A stretch of DNA of 63,977 nt, the filler included, from Atractiella rhizophila (taxonomy: Eukaryota), in the NCBI GenBank assembly GCA_021432655.1. It is 10 parts of 10 records of this genome, joined end to end, with 100 filler letters (N's around TTAATTAATTAA, not from the genome) between each part and the next. Parts side by side here need not be neighbours in the genome. Positions count along the whole stretch, not along the records: positions 48,539 to 56,501 come from MU272184.1; positions 56,602 to 60,647 come from MU272214.1; 8 more parts are not named here. The stretch is one strand, 5' to 3'. The notes under the pieces are model-generated. The model did no database searches. It saw only the letters and a list, made by a program, of their open reading frames with translations, and was not told the DNA's origin. The position numbers and the translations under genes were made by a program. Numbering within the stretch: the stretch's first letter is position 1; every line of letters begins with the position of its first letter. Below, piece after piece: positions 48,539-60,747 of this stretch.

Positions 48539-50137
48539 GTGCTTCAAGGGGCGAGGAAATGGTCAAATTCGCCGCTGCATCCTATCGCCATGCCACAATT
48601 AGGACCACCAACCCTGCAAACGGAGTGAGAATGCGCACACGATTCAAAATGTATACAAGCTTGCTCTTTTCCACAGCTCCAATCATCACCGCTCGACCTT
48701 TTGGATCGACTGCTAGATACTGTCCTGGAACAATACGTCTGGATCCTGAGCGGCCATATGTTTCTTGCTGCAGTTTGACGAAAGAATTTTGAATCGGATC
48801 GTACTCGAGGACGACTATTCGCCCCGAATCCGACGAAACAATAATGCAATCTAGAGGTATCACAGTTAGAACAAGATCATAGTTGCCGAAATGAAGGAAT
48901 TTGGTTGGAACAGGAGCAGTGTACCAAGCGAAGGAACAACGTCGCTATCAAGCGTGAGCGATTTGTTTCCTGAAATGAAAATAATACCCCTTGTAGGTAG
49001 TTTTCCTCATAAGCTACTTCTATTTCACCTATTTCCTTCCGACGTGGGCTCAGCAAAGGCCAATAATCCGCGACAAGCAACGCAAAGATGAGCAGAAAAT
49101 GAATCGAAACAGATTAACATTTTGGCTCCAGCCGCAGTCTCCCATCAGTAATGACCTTGACTGCCTGTCTCCAAGAGTTGAAAAAGAGGTTAAATATGGA
49201 AGCATCGAAGCGTGTCAAGGTCGCATGTTGTGAGAAGAATACTAACATATATACTTGCCTCAGTTTGAGAGTTTGATGTGTGGTGGACCGATACCACCGG
49301 TCCAGACGCGCCGAAAACGAAAAGATTTTCAAAGGCCTGCTATATATTCATGGCTGAAGCGTGTATACTGAAGCCACTTATCTTGCAAGTCTGTTAGCCT
49401 TTGATCCAGGTCGGCCAACACAACTGGTCAAAGGTAAGATCATAACATAGTGCAGGCAACGTCTTCAACGCTGGTTCTACGCTGTCCAATAATAGGCGTA
49501 AATGTGAAATGTAGAGACTGCACACAGAGCGAAGATTGTGTGCAACGGTTGGAGCACGAGGTCAACACTCGACAATATGTGATTTCATGTTGCTTCAGCA
49601 TGACTGAAAATTGTCCAGAATCAAGAAAACGAATAGAAAGAAGACTTCGATACCTCCAAAGGTAGGAACGGAATCAGTAAACTGCACGACGTGCGGTTCA
49701 GCTTCAACCGCACGATTCCCTCGCACAAAAACAAACCGAGCAGTCAAATCAAAGCCAGCGGATCATTATCCATGCCTTACTACGACTGGGATCGACATCA
49801 CTCTGCCTCAAAACACCAAAACACGAAAAACAAACAAAACTGCAGCACGCTTCCCAAACATCCGAAGAGAACGAACGAGCGTACCTCTAGTCCCTCCCGT
49901 CAGCCTGAAGCTCTTCAATCCCCTCACGACGCCGTAAACGTCCCTAGAGCACGAGCACTCCATCTTCCCCGTATTCTTATCCACCCTCCACAACTCCAAC
50001 TTGTTCTGTCCTCGACATAACACCAGTTGCTGTTCCTTGGGCAAGTTTGAGTCGAATGAGCCCAATATGGAGAGGTAGCATGAGGACGGTGGAACAAGGG
50101 TCACAGAGAGAGCGGAAAGGGAGTTGGGCGTTGTCAT
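48539..50137 (-). CDS. RSE1: Pre-mRNA splicing factor Rse1/SF3B3 (U2 snRNP), 5' part; intron 1 = 48851-49884
   Basis: [81 protein letters not shown]. Confidence 0.95.
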
Positions 50138-50738
50138 ACTGGGTTGGTTATCTGGGCAGGAGGAAGAACAAAAGTCGCCACTGAGTTCACTAACCGAGCA
50201 GACTAGACATTGCTCGATACTAGAGCATGACTAAGGCAAGGAAAAGAAAAGGCTTCCATTCCAATCTCTCATGGCAGGTTCGTTCAGTTCGGAAGGTGCT
50301 GCTAGTAATATTGATAGAGCCAACAAATCCTTTTTGCGATTGCACTCCTCATGACAGTCATAACGAGAGAAACTGTACAGTAGACAAGACGAAGCAAGCC
50401 GAATGGGTGATCCTGCTCCTCAACAAAACGAGGAGCCAGAATGTCACAAGTGATCGAGAACAGACCAAGCAAGTATATGAGACGGTTTGTTGTAGTTGGA
50501 TTGGATGAGATGGGGAGGGGATGGCACGAAGGGGAAAGAGAACCCGACTTCGAACCGAAAGAAAGACATCGCTAGAAATACACATAGAGAAACACAGAGG
50601 CACTAACACCACTACTTTTCATCCACCACCAAAGCACACCCCTTCCACATTGGGAACTAAAATCAAAACGCAAAAGTGGAATGTGGACGAAACAAAACGG
50701 ACCAACACATGCCTTACCACACGTCCTCGCCTCCGCCT

Positions 50739-52242
50739 TCACTCCAGCATCCCAAAACTCCCAGCGAAGGTCCTCCTTAACCTCAACCCTTCCTCCGCCA
50801 CCCCCGCCCGAGCCTTCAACACCTCAATCTCCCCTCTCAGATCGGCGGCCATCTTCTCCAGCTCCTTGACATGCTCCTGCTTCTTAGCTCTCAGCTTCCG
50901 AGCGCTCACACAATTCGCCCGTCGCTTCTTCTCGATCGCCTCCTGAATCTCCTGTGGGACTTCCGTGATCGGGGAGTCGTGAGGAGACTGTCGATTCCTT
51001 CGCACGGTCTCAAGGGAGATGTTTGAACCGAGCCGTCCCATCTTCTTGTCCATGAACGCTGGGATGACCTTCCGAGACGTTGCCGACGGTGTTAGGTACG
51101 CCCTGACACATCAAACCATCAGTAGGTGCACAAATGATGAGGAATGCAACAACATACCGCGACTGAGTCGGCGCATCAATCGAGATCGGCGTCCTAACGT
51201 AGGGCGAGGCGCGCACAGGAGGAGACCTCAATGAAGGTGAACGCAGCGACCTCAAGGCAGGAGACATCATAGGCGCTGGGGAGAGCATAGGAACCACAGG
51301 CGAAGAGGTGGAGGCCTGGGGAAACACCGGCGGCGCAGACAGAGAGGTTGAAGCCTGTGGGAAGACCGGAGGAGCTGAGAGGGATGAACTGGTCCCCACA
51401 GGGCTGTACCTCTTCTTGTTGTTGAAGAGGGACGGAAACAGCGAAGCGTTCGGGAAATCCATCGAGATATCGTTCATCCCGATAATCGGGGAATTGATAT
51501 CGAACTGGGTAGCCGAACCCATCACAGAGCTCATGTCGAACTGAGCCATGGAATCCGCGTTGGAATTTTGACGGATTGCCGGCTGCCTTGCGTTCCCGTC
51601 CGTCAGCGGAGTAATGGGCAGAGGCTCATCGGCTGGAGTTGACAAGTTCGACCCTCCAAGCAGAGGATGAGGAGTGCCAAAGAGCGGGTCGTTGTCGAAC
51701 AGATTGGTGGGATGGGCATCGCTTTCCAAGTATGACGAGGTGGGCTCGGGAAGATAATCGAAAACGGAGGACGGAGGGTGATTGAACGGCGTGAACACTG
51801 CTGGGCTCATGTAAACAGACCAAGCAGCTGCTGATGAGGAGCCCAAGAAGGCCGCATCCTCTTCGTTCGTGTTCACGGGCACAGTGTTGAAATGCTTGCT
51901 GAAGTCCGTCTTCGAGAGATCAAGAGGACCAAAGTCAAAATCGGCACTATCTACTCCACCCCTGTCAGCCATAAGACCGGAAAACTTAGGAAAGAGCGTA
52001 CTGCTTCCCAGCATGGAGTCCATCACTCCTCCAGTCGAGGATTCCCAATCCATGCCCCCCACACCTCCGTCCAACCCATAAGTAGGAAAGTAGGACCCCT
52101 CACCGACCTTGGTTCCATTCCCACCCTCGCTCCCACCATTCTTCCCCAATAGATCGAGGTCTTCAAAATCGATGTCGAAGATGTTGTTATTGATTACTTC
52201 TCCCGAATCATTTCGGTCGAAGTCAGAGCTGTTGTAAGCCAT
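50739..52242 (-). CDS. GCN4: GCN4/CPC1-like bZIP transcription factor; intron 51103-51157
   Basis: Acidic/Phe-rich N-terminus, spliced DAPTQSR|AYLTPSATSRK motif as in basidiomycete Cpc1 homologues, C-terminal bZIP IEKKRRANCVSARKLRAKK, and upstream uORFs. Confidence 0.8.
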
Positions 52243-52442
52243 GGTTTTGAAGTTCTGCTGAAGTGATTGAGCGATCCCTAAGAAGATTGGCTAGCAGAAC
52301 GAGTTTCTCCTTTACTGAAGATAGATTTGAAGACCTTTTTGATGCGATATAAGATAGCTAACGATCCTAAACCTTCGAAAGGCCGGATAATGTGACTGTT
52401 ATTGGTATTCGATATTTAGCTTGCTGAGTGGTATTTGACTTG

Positions 52443-52538
52443 TCAGCGAGGACGTAGCAGTCGTCGGGCTTTCGCAGACTTTGGTAACTGGTTAACAAAG
52501 TCAAAAATCGGATGAAAAGCCGCAGGAGGTCTGCTCAT
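52443..52538 (-). promoter_or_regulatory. uORF2 of the GCN4/CPC1 leader (31 aa, MSRPPAAF...LLRPR*)
   Basis: ATG at 52538 and TGA at 52445-52443, ending 200 nt upstream of the main ATG. Confidence 0.7.
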
Positions 52539-52616
52539 GATCTGAGGATGATGGAAAGGGCTTGGAAAGCGTCGTGGTGGGCAATAAAATCGACTTTGTC
52601 ACGAATGAAGAAGATT

Positions 52617-52634
52617 TTAGACGCTATTGGGCAT
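52617..52634 (-). promoter_or_regulatory. uORF1 of the GCN4/CPC1 leader (MPNSV*)
   Basis: ataATG CCC AAT AGC GTC TAA with A at -3. Confidence 0.7.
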
Positions 52635-52708
52635 TATAAAGCCAGAGGATCCCTTGGAGGGCAGTTTATCGATTGGGATGAAAGAGGGGCATGACTTGGT
52701 CTCTGCCC

Positions 52709-52715
52709 TTTTATA
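52709..52715 (-). promoter_or_regulatory. Candidate TATA box (TATAAAA) of the GCN4-like gene
   Basis: GGTATAAAAGG lies ~75 nt upstream of uORF1. Confidence 0.5.
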
Positions 52716-52879
52716 CCACTCGGAGGAGTCCGCTAAGCCCGCGAATTACCGGACACACGAACTCCACGTCCACCGCGTTGGGCGTCAAAAACGAAAAAAA
52801 AGCTCACATATACACAGCTTTCCACCTTGCCAGTTCGCGTTCTCGATGGACTGGNNNNNNNNNNNNNNNNNNNNNNNNN

Positions 52880-54848
52880 CGGGCTTTGAAATAGTTAGGA
52901 AGCCCAGTGCACGGATAGTGAAACCTACAGACGCAAAACTTGCTGTAAAGTCCTTTTACCTGGTCATCCATACCGATACTCGAACAACGAACGTCCACTT
53001 CTGCACTTAATTACGCGCTCTGTGACATCACGGCGGACTTCCTAATTCAACAAGGAGTCGCTCGGGAAACGATTGATGAGTGAAGCACCACAGTTAAAAC
53101 TCAACAGACGTTCCCGATACTGAAGCGAGAAGAGTACGGGAGGTGAAATGTAGTAGACCATAGAAGGGTGCAGGTAGGTTCGGGTCCTTTTGCAACCTTC
53201 ACGGCTTCTTCGACCGAAAACGGACGGATAAGACCGGTCGATATTTTAGGGCATCAAAAAGGACGTTAGGCAGGTGTTAGTCTTTTAAAAGGTACGAACA
53301 TGTTTCTCCTCTTCTTGTGTGCCCTAGAGGTAAGTATAAACGTCCTAACCTCTCCTTCGCGAGCTTAGACTACCGCCTACTTTAGCTGTCGAAGAGCCGC
53401 GCAAACTTCTAAAGGATCTGGACGCTTGCCGATTCATGAGCATTTTCCGTGTCATCTCCGCTATCACCGCGTGAGGCGCATAGAGCTTAGCACAACGCTA
53501 TATCACTGGTCTTTACGTGGAAGTCCTGTTTGATTATGTACCCATGCCAGTTGTCTACCGTGAATCACCTCCCAAACTCCACCGCGTGTTTAAGATTACC
53601 TCCTGGACTGCCTTTTGCTGCTGATAGTAACGGAAAAACACACGGTATCTTCGCCGTCCTCCACTCTACATTACGACCACGTCGACCTCACTGCCGCTCC
53701 GCCGCTTTACGTCTTCAACCTGTCTGGCATTATTAACTAAAATCACTAAGTTTGAAGACGTACTCTCTTCGTTATTCGCTTCCTATACAGTTTCCCGTCC
53801 ATTGATATAGACAATACCACCTTACGTTGAGACTGTCTTCCCTGGCTTTAAACTCCTCGTGCACTCTAAAGAAACAAGATGAACCAGACAAGAGAGGAGA
53901 AACGCTTACCTGTTAAGCTTATCATCAGTGGTCAAGTGTCGCACGGTTTACTATACGGAACACTAGATTCACAGTTTGAAGTCATGTCAGGTTTCAAGTA
54001 AGGCAGTCAGTAAAATCTTCACCGGTCGGTTCCAGTCCTAACGTCCCTTGGGTCGGGGCAAAGGGACTTGGTGGAGGTCAGTCGGGGTCAGTCTGCTTCA
54101 ACTTTTCCTTCAAGTAACCTCATGTATAACTGCCTAAAGGTGATGTCTCTTCCCACGGCTTAAGAGCTGAGGAGTGTACGTTCGGAGTGCCGAAGAGACC
54201 TTTTGTGCTTTGCTAGACCAAGCGCTTACTGAAGATACTGGAGTTGCGGTCATGGACTGGTCGATCTAGTCGCCAAGAGCGGCGGACAGCGAAAAGACTC
54301 AATCAAAAATCCGTCGAGACAGGCGCTACCTCATCGCTTTCTCCCCGTTTATTTGTGCCGTGCAGTAGGAAGGTATATTTCTACTTTCTTCTGGAGAGGA
54401 AGGGACGCAAGTGCGCAAGTGCTCAAGCAAAGAGAGTAAGTGCAAGGTGAACAAAGGACAAAGGAACACTTTCTTAGACGTGAGGTCAAGGGGTGACTGA
54501 AGGTGCTGTCGTTCTCGGAGGCGTCGTTTGTGACCGCCCACGTAGTAGCCTAGGAAAAACTGTGTCGTGTCGTTTCGTTTCTGGTGTTTCTAAGGTAGCT
54601 TTCACCTAGAGACCTAGAAAGAGCTTCAAGAACGTGGGGAATAGATAGGGCCAACGGGTTTTCCATAGAGAAATCGAAATCGAGAAAAGAACCAGACGAC
54701 GTCGTTGGACTGAGAACGAACGTAAATCCCTCGCGTCGTAGTATTTTAGGATCGGACACAGGTTGTTTGCGCTTAGCAAGGGGTAGAGAGAGCAGTTACT
54801 CCGTTCAATCGACCTAAAACATTCCCACGGGTCAGGTAGCTCTTGCGC
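52880..54848. other. Second mirror-written segment (reversed, not complemented) following a 25-N gap
   Basis: 54830-54848 read backwards is CGCGTTCTCGATGGACTGG, identical to 52836-52854 immediately before the gap. Confidence 0.85.
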
Positions 54849-54926
54849 GTTTGGTTAACAGTTTTCAGCATCCCTATTTCCTCTTCATTACATTACTACG
54901 AATCAAGTGTAAAATCCTACCAAACA

Positions 54927-55621
54927 ATGGTTCGTTTCTCTCCTCACTATGTTCCTCTCCTAATGTGTTTCTGGTAGGATCCCGATGCTGGTTTTTCGTT
55001 CCCTGCCCTCTTCAGCTCATGTCTGATGTGTTGATGTTCGGCAGAGGCGAAAGAGGCGTTCGCGCTTTTCGACAAGAAAGGGAATGGGACTATAGCCCGC
55101 GAATCGCTTGGTGACCTTCTGAGAGCTCTGGGGCAGAATCCCACACAAGCTGAGGTTGCGGATTTGGCAAACACCGCTCCGAGAGACAGTATGTTGCTTC
55201 TTTCTCCCGGTTCGTGGAAAGGGGGGAGGTGATGAATTTACTGGCAGTTGATTTCTCAACTTTTCAGAAGATACTGAATCGTCCTAATGGCTTTAAACCG
55301 GCTGGAACTGCGGGTACGGTTGCTCCATTCTCACCGCGTCGTTTTGATGAGTGTCAATGGAAACAGATGAGTTCATCCGCGGCTTCCAAGTTTTTGATAA
55401 AGAACAGAATGGGTATATCGGAGCTGGAGAGCTTCGATATGTTCTCACGAGCTTAGGAGAGAAGCTGACGGATGAGGAGGTAGATGAGCTGCTCAAGGGA
55501 GTTCACGTTGGAAGGTTCGTCTTCCGTCCGGTTACGATTGCCATCTAACGTATGAATGTGCTCCGAAAGTGATGGGAATATCAATTACAAGCAATTCGTA
55601 AACCAGATTCTCAGTCAGTAA
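54927..55621 (+). CDS. MLC1: Myosin light chain (S. pombe Cdc4 / Mlc1-like EF-hand protein), 6 exons
   Basis: [37 protein letters not shown]..|[15 protein letters not shown]..|[60 protein letters not shown]. Confidence 0.9.
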
Positions 55622-56067
55622 AGCTGTGTCTACTCGAATTGATGTGTAGATTATGGGACAATTGGCTCTCCCACGGCTGTAATTCTTTATGATCCACCTC
55701 CTGCTTCCTATTTGCACAGTCCACGTTAGCTCCTGTCATAAGTCTGTGAAGTACAGGGTGCGCCAGGCTTAAATGTAAGAGTACCTAATACTTCAATGCG
55801 TCGCGTGACAGAGATTGCAACCGCAATCCCTTATCGCAGCAGGGTAAAACCACCAAGATTGCCTCTACGCTCAATCACCTCAAATTGTCAGCTCCCCTTT
55901 GAGGGTTGCGAAATTGAAGCCGAACAGCCACAGCCTGCACGATTGATTGCGTCTGGTCTGGCGCAGCCTGAAGATATCTATATCGTGACAAACTGACGAC
56001 TGAGAAGGGGAGCCATTATGATAGTTGTGACGGAACATTACTGACTAATAGAGTAGAAGCCTGAAAT

Positions 56068-56501
56068 ATGGCTCAACCCATTCCTGCCAGGACGAGAGAG
56101 AATGAAGGTCACGAATCTGGAGGGAGTTCCTCCATTCTTCAGTCCTCCCTTGACCTCGTCTTCTCCTACTCCCGTTCACAAACTTTCTATGCCTCGAATC
56201 TGGCAACACGAGATGCTCCTTCTTTCGCAGGGAGTTATCGAGGCGAGTATGATGACGATGACGAGCGGGAATCTTTCGCTGACAGTGGTCGATACGACGA
56301 GGATCGACGTGACGAAGATGGGATGGATTGGGACGAGACGAATGAAGATGACCCAACGACTCCTCATGTTCCAGTATCGAATGAGGAACATGAGTGGAAC
56401 GAACCTCTTCCTCAGAACGCGTCCTCGCTACACCGTAAACCGTCGAGAGAAGCGTCCGAGGTTGCGAACGAACGAACTCCCCTCATCACATCCAGAGGAA
56501 G
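56068..56501 (+). CDS. N-terminal fragment, possibly an AVT1-like vacuolar amino-acid transporter
   Basis: SSLDLVFSYSRSQTFY, an acidic stretch and a NERTPLI acidic-dileucine-like motif; truncated by the linker. Confidence 0.5.
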
Positions 56502-56601
56502 NNNNNNNNNNNNNNNNNNNNNNNNNNNNNNNNNNNNNNNNNNNNTTAATTAATTAANNNNNNNNNNNNNNNNNNNNNNNNNNNNNNNNNNNNNNNNNNN
56601 N

Positions 56602-58190
56602 GTGTACCAAGAGGGACATCAGGACGCCAACGGAGGGTCTCTGCCGCTGCGGCCTCGACATATGGCAAGCTCTTCTTGTGACTGAAGCTGGGAAGCTCGT
56701 CGCCACAGACCCGATCAACTTGCTCCCTCACCTTCTCAACTCCCTCGGGGAACATGATCCAAGCCAGCACGAAAGTAACCAATGACGTTCCCGTGGTCTC
56801 GGCTCCTATAACGTCCATTGACATCAGTTCCTCGTTGGTTGAGGGCAAAAAGCCTACCTGCAGCGGTGAGTTGATCTAGGTGGGGCGAAATTTAGCATTT
56901 AGGTTTTCTGCCTGTAAGAGCCGTGGTACTCACCCACAAGCTGCATAATACTGTCAGCGTTCTACGACTGAACGTGGAGGAAATGAACTCACTGCCTCAT
57001 CTTCGGGACGTTCGGAGAAGATCGTCTTCAGCCAAGTCGCAGCTCCAACATTCTTGCCTGCTTTCGCTTCACGGTGAACCTCATCGTAAAAGTCCTTGTC
57101 TTCTTTCAGCTTAGGAGCTGCAAGGGCTCGCCAAGGGTTGAGAGGGCCAGGGATGGCGTCCAGAATCGGTATGAAGTTGATTATGGAGAACCCGAGAATG
57201 CCGTTGAACGCTCGTTGATTCAGCTGCATGCACCCGTGAGACAAGGACTTTCGTGGGAAACAAGGGTAAAGGCGTACGCGGTTGAGGGTGACTAGCTTAG
57301 GGAAATCAATGGACGGGCACGAAAATCCTGCTGCCATTTAAGTACAGTGGGTAAAGCAAGGGAGAAACGAACCGTAGGCAAGTCCTGTCATGACTGATGC
57401 TCCAAATCTGTGACAGTGTCAGATCATAGGGGTTCCAAGCGGAGCGTACCTCATGATGTGATCCTTCCATCGCTCTTCGTCTTCGCATGTCAACAACTGA
57501 TAGATCGTTCGTCTAGACTCCATTTGCTGTACACCGTGCGCATCTCCTCGCTTCACAGATTCGATGGCAAGAGCGGTCAACTCCTTGCCTCTCTTCCACA
57601 TATCGTTCTCAATCTGCAGCAATCTCCGTCAATTCGCAGGCCTAGGCAGACACAACAATGTACGTGCCTCGAATCCCCAATACCGTCCCCAGGGATTAAT
57701 GTATCTAAGTCAGACTCAGTCTGAAGGCTGCCGAATAGTGACGATATGTGGATACCTCTTAAAGTAAGGGAGCTCCATCCTGGAAGAGTTGATCGCAGCT
57801 CGCTTCACTAAGAGTTCCCTAGCGAGGGGGTAAGAGGCAATATCGATCCAGGCCTTTGATCCCGCGTCAGTCAACGGAATCTGATGAGGGGAGAGGAGAC
57901 AGACCTGCCCGAATGCAGAAATTGACACCTGCACGCCACGGTAGTTCAAACTCTCAATCACACATCACGAGGTTCAAAGCGGGAAGGCTTACAACAGGGG
58001 AATCCAGTTTCTCGTGGAGGACCTTGAAGAAACGAGCATGATTTTCCTTAGGGAATTCGAGGAGGTTCCCGATAATGGGCATCGGCTTAGGTCCAGGGGG
58101 AGGGGGGTATGGCGACCTCTTGCTCCTCTGGTGAATCCACCAGGTGAGGGATGCAACGACAGCAATGATCAAGTACGGCGACACTTCCAT
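56602..58190 (-). CDS. Cytochrome P450, 5' part (multi-exon; heme motif lies beyond the contig end)
   Basis: N-terminal anchor, PPPPGPKPMPIIGNL, I-helix GAETT, and LPYVEAAAAETLRWRP (ExxR motif). Confidence 0.9.
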
Positions 58191-58803
58191 CCTACCTCTC
58201 AACAACGTTGTACAGCGACGGTAAAACTCTAGCTTGCAGGCTCAGCCGAAGAGGAGGACCTTCATTATAAGCTGATTTCTCCGGCCATAACTTTGAGCAC
58301 GGTGCATGTGCCTCGGGGGAGAGCGGTCCCCTATGATGTTTCACGCTTCGTCGAGCTCACCAGATAAATTTATGATAAAGTTCCGAAGCTGCAAGGGTTA
58401 AAGTAAGTGGAGTACTGAGTTGTACCAAGACACTTTCATTGCAGCCTCTGAGATCGCCGCACAAACGCTTGGGGCCACTTTACAACGATTCCCGCAATGG
58501 GACAGAAGAAACCGCGGGACCATTATTGCCTCACTACAGTAACGGAAAAGGTGTTCAAGATGTCGTACCTTCGAAAGGTTGTCATTAAGGCTTGAGCACT
58601 TTGACGCTAGAAGAGGTCCAGGCAAACTTTCAACCGAGGCAAGTGCAAGCTCGTGATAATCAACCGAGGAGCAAGGTGCGGAGTTGTAAATGAATAAATT
58701 GCTCAGCAACGTGCGGTGAAGGAATGACAACCCTCGTGTCCAAATTCGGACGGTTATCATCATGCATGTGGGATATCCTTCAGCGGACCAGCGAAGTCTA
58801 ACC

Positions 58804-60557
58804 ATGGTGCGAACCCCAGCACGATACCCAGCCCTGAGCATTTATAACCTTCAGGGCGGTCGATTGAAGAAGCTTTGTGCCCAAAAACAAAGGAAGTCTC
58901 CCCCAAAAACAACCCCTTCCTTAACCGTGCCAAAGCCCCAACCCCCAAAACCAAAAAACAAAAAGGCCAAAGCAAGAACAACCGGCAACTTCAATCCCCT
59001 CAACGCAAAACCCCAAAAAGAACGGGGCCCTCCAAACCGCAATGGGAAGCCCAAATTTTGTTCACGAAATGAAAGGTCTGACGAAGGAGGTAGGCTGCTC
59101 ATGTAACAAACATTCTCTACGGCATCAACATCGTTCAATTGTGTGTCTTCCTCTCTCCACCTCCCCATGAGCTCATGGTCCGCCAGTTACTACGTCGCAC
59201 GACTGTTGATCGCACGACGAGAGCCAAACCGATTCGTCTGGGCTGTTTGGACCATCCTTTTGGTCGCAGGATTGACAGACATGTATGTGCTAGTTTGCCT
59301 GCATAAATCAAACATTTAATCAGTCTGAAACACAGAATCGCAAAGGACCATTATGTCACGGTAGTCTCGAGGGAAGCAGCAACTGGTGGACTACTGGGAT
59401 TTGCTACATTTGTCCCGAAATCTGTAGGTCGCCTCTTGTTTCTGAAAGGGAATGAACTCAGGCATGACATCAAGGTACAAATTTTCCTCGCCACAGACCC
59501 AATCATTGTCATCTGCACACATGTGGTGTACATACGACGGTGGGCTCTCTTTCGAATTTCCCAGAATATTCCTAAAGGTTATCCATCGTGACAGAATCTA
59601 CAAAATGTCCAACACTATGGATGTCCTGGGCACCCGCAATAGGAGCCGGAAAATGGTGACTATGGTGTATGTCTTCTCTAGCTAGAGAGCGGCAGGAAAC
59701 TGACGCACCGAGTACAGAGCTCTCGCGGTCGCCGCTCTGCTCTCCATCGCCCAGATACCCTTCGATGCGCTTGTCATCCGCGTGACCACACAACCGCCAG
59801 ACACCTGGTTCCCAGGCGCAACTGTCGTGCTCGCAGGTTTCCTTGCGAGTGCAAGTGTGGCAGATATCATTCTCTGCGTAGTCTTCATCTGGAATCTTCG
59901 GGGCCACAGAACCGACTTCTCAAGGACAAACGACCTGGTCTCCAAGTCTGTCCCTCTCTCTTCTTCCCAGAGCTTTGGAATCTGAAGCCACTTCTTCAGG
60001 TGGATTCGCCTCTCTCTCGAGTGCATGATCCTGCCTACGGCTTTGCAGATCTCGCGATGGGTCCTCGTTCAGGTTTACCCAGTGCGTTGTAACCTTTCCA
60101 CCATGATGATACTGACCGATTGGTTAGGAGTATGTTGATTGCAAGTCTTTTGCTCTCAGATCCGCTGACGGTTGAGATCAGGAAAGCGTATCATTATACC
60201 ATCACATATCTCATCACCAAGCTCTACACCGCGGCAGTGCTCGTCCTTTACGCCACAGTCTTGAAACCGGATGGCGCTTCTGGACCAAGTACCAGTGCGG
60301 GAGGAGGAATCACGTCCAAGTCATTCGGGAACACCTATCCGCTCCGAGCGGCGGGAACAAAGGAACATGTACACGTGCGTTTTGCTCATCGCCCCTCCCA
60401 CGGAAGAATACTGAGAGTGAAATTATGACAGGTGACGACCACCGTGATCACTCAGGGAGATGATCAAATGCGCCCCATCCATCTTCACTCCATGTCTGGA
60501 GATGACTCCAGTGCAAAGGAGGGATATTGGAAGCACGACAGCCAACAATACGTCTAA
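58804..60557 (+). CDS. DUF6534-like multi-pass membrane protein; 5' end uncertain
   Basis: LASASVADIILCVVFIWNLRGHRTDFSRTNDLVSK|WIRLSLECMILPTALQI..LITKLYTAAVLVL with short introns. Confidence 0.6.
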
Positions 60558-60747
60558 TTCCCCTCCTTCCATCTCCACCTCAATATTATCCTCATCAAGA
60601 ACTTCAACGTCAGCGTGGAAGAGGAAAGGAAACAGGTAATTGTGTATNNNNNNNNNNNNNNNNNNNNNNNNNNNNNNNNNNNNNNNNNNNNTTAATTAAT
60701 TAANNNNNNNNNNNNNNNNNNNNNNNNNNNNNNNNNNNNNNNNNNNN

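Noticed and set aside
48851..49884. Telomerase RNA or a specific named snoRNA in the RSE1 intron
   Set aside because: No CTAACCCT-type template seen and only degenerate C/D boxes; not assignable by eye.
52880..54848. Six-frame ORFs inside the second mirrored segment
   Set aside because: Same artefact; I saw no convincing long ORF after decoding either.
58860..59060. Lys/Pro-rich ORF 58762-59106
   Set aside because: The sequence is dominated by short A/C/G homopolymer runs typical of low-quality base calls.
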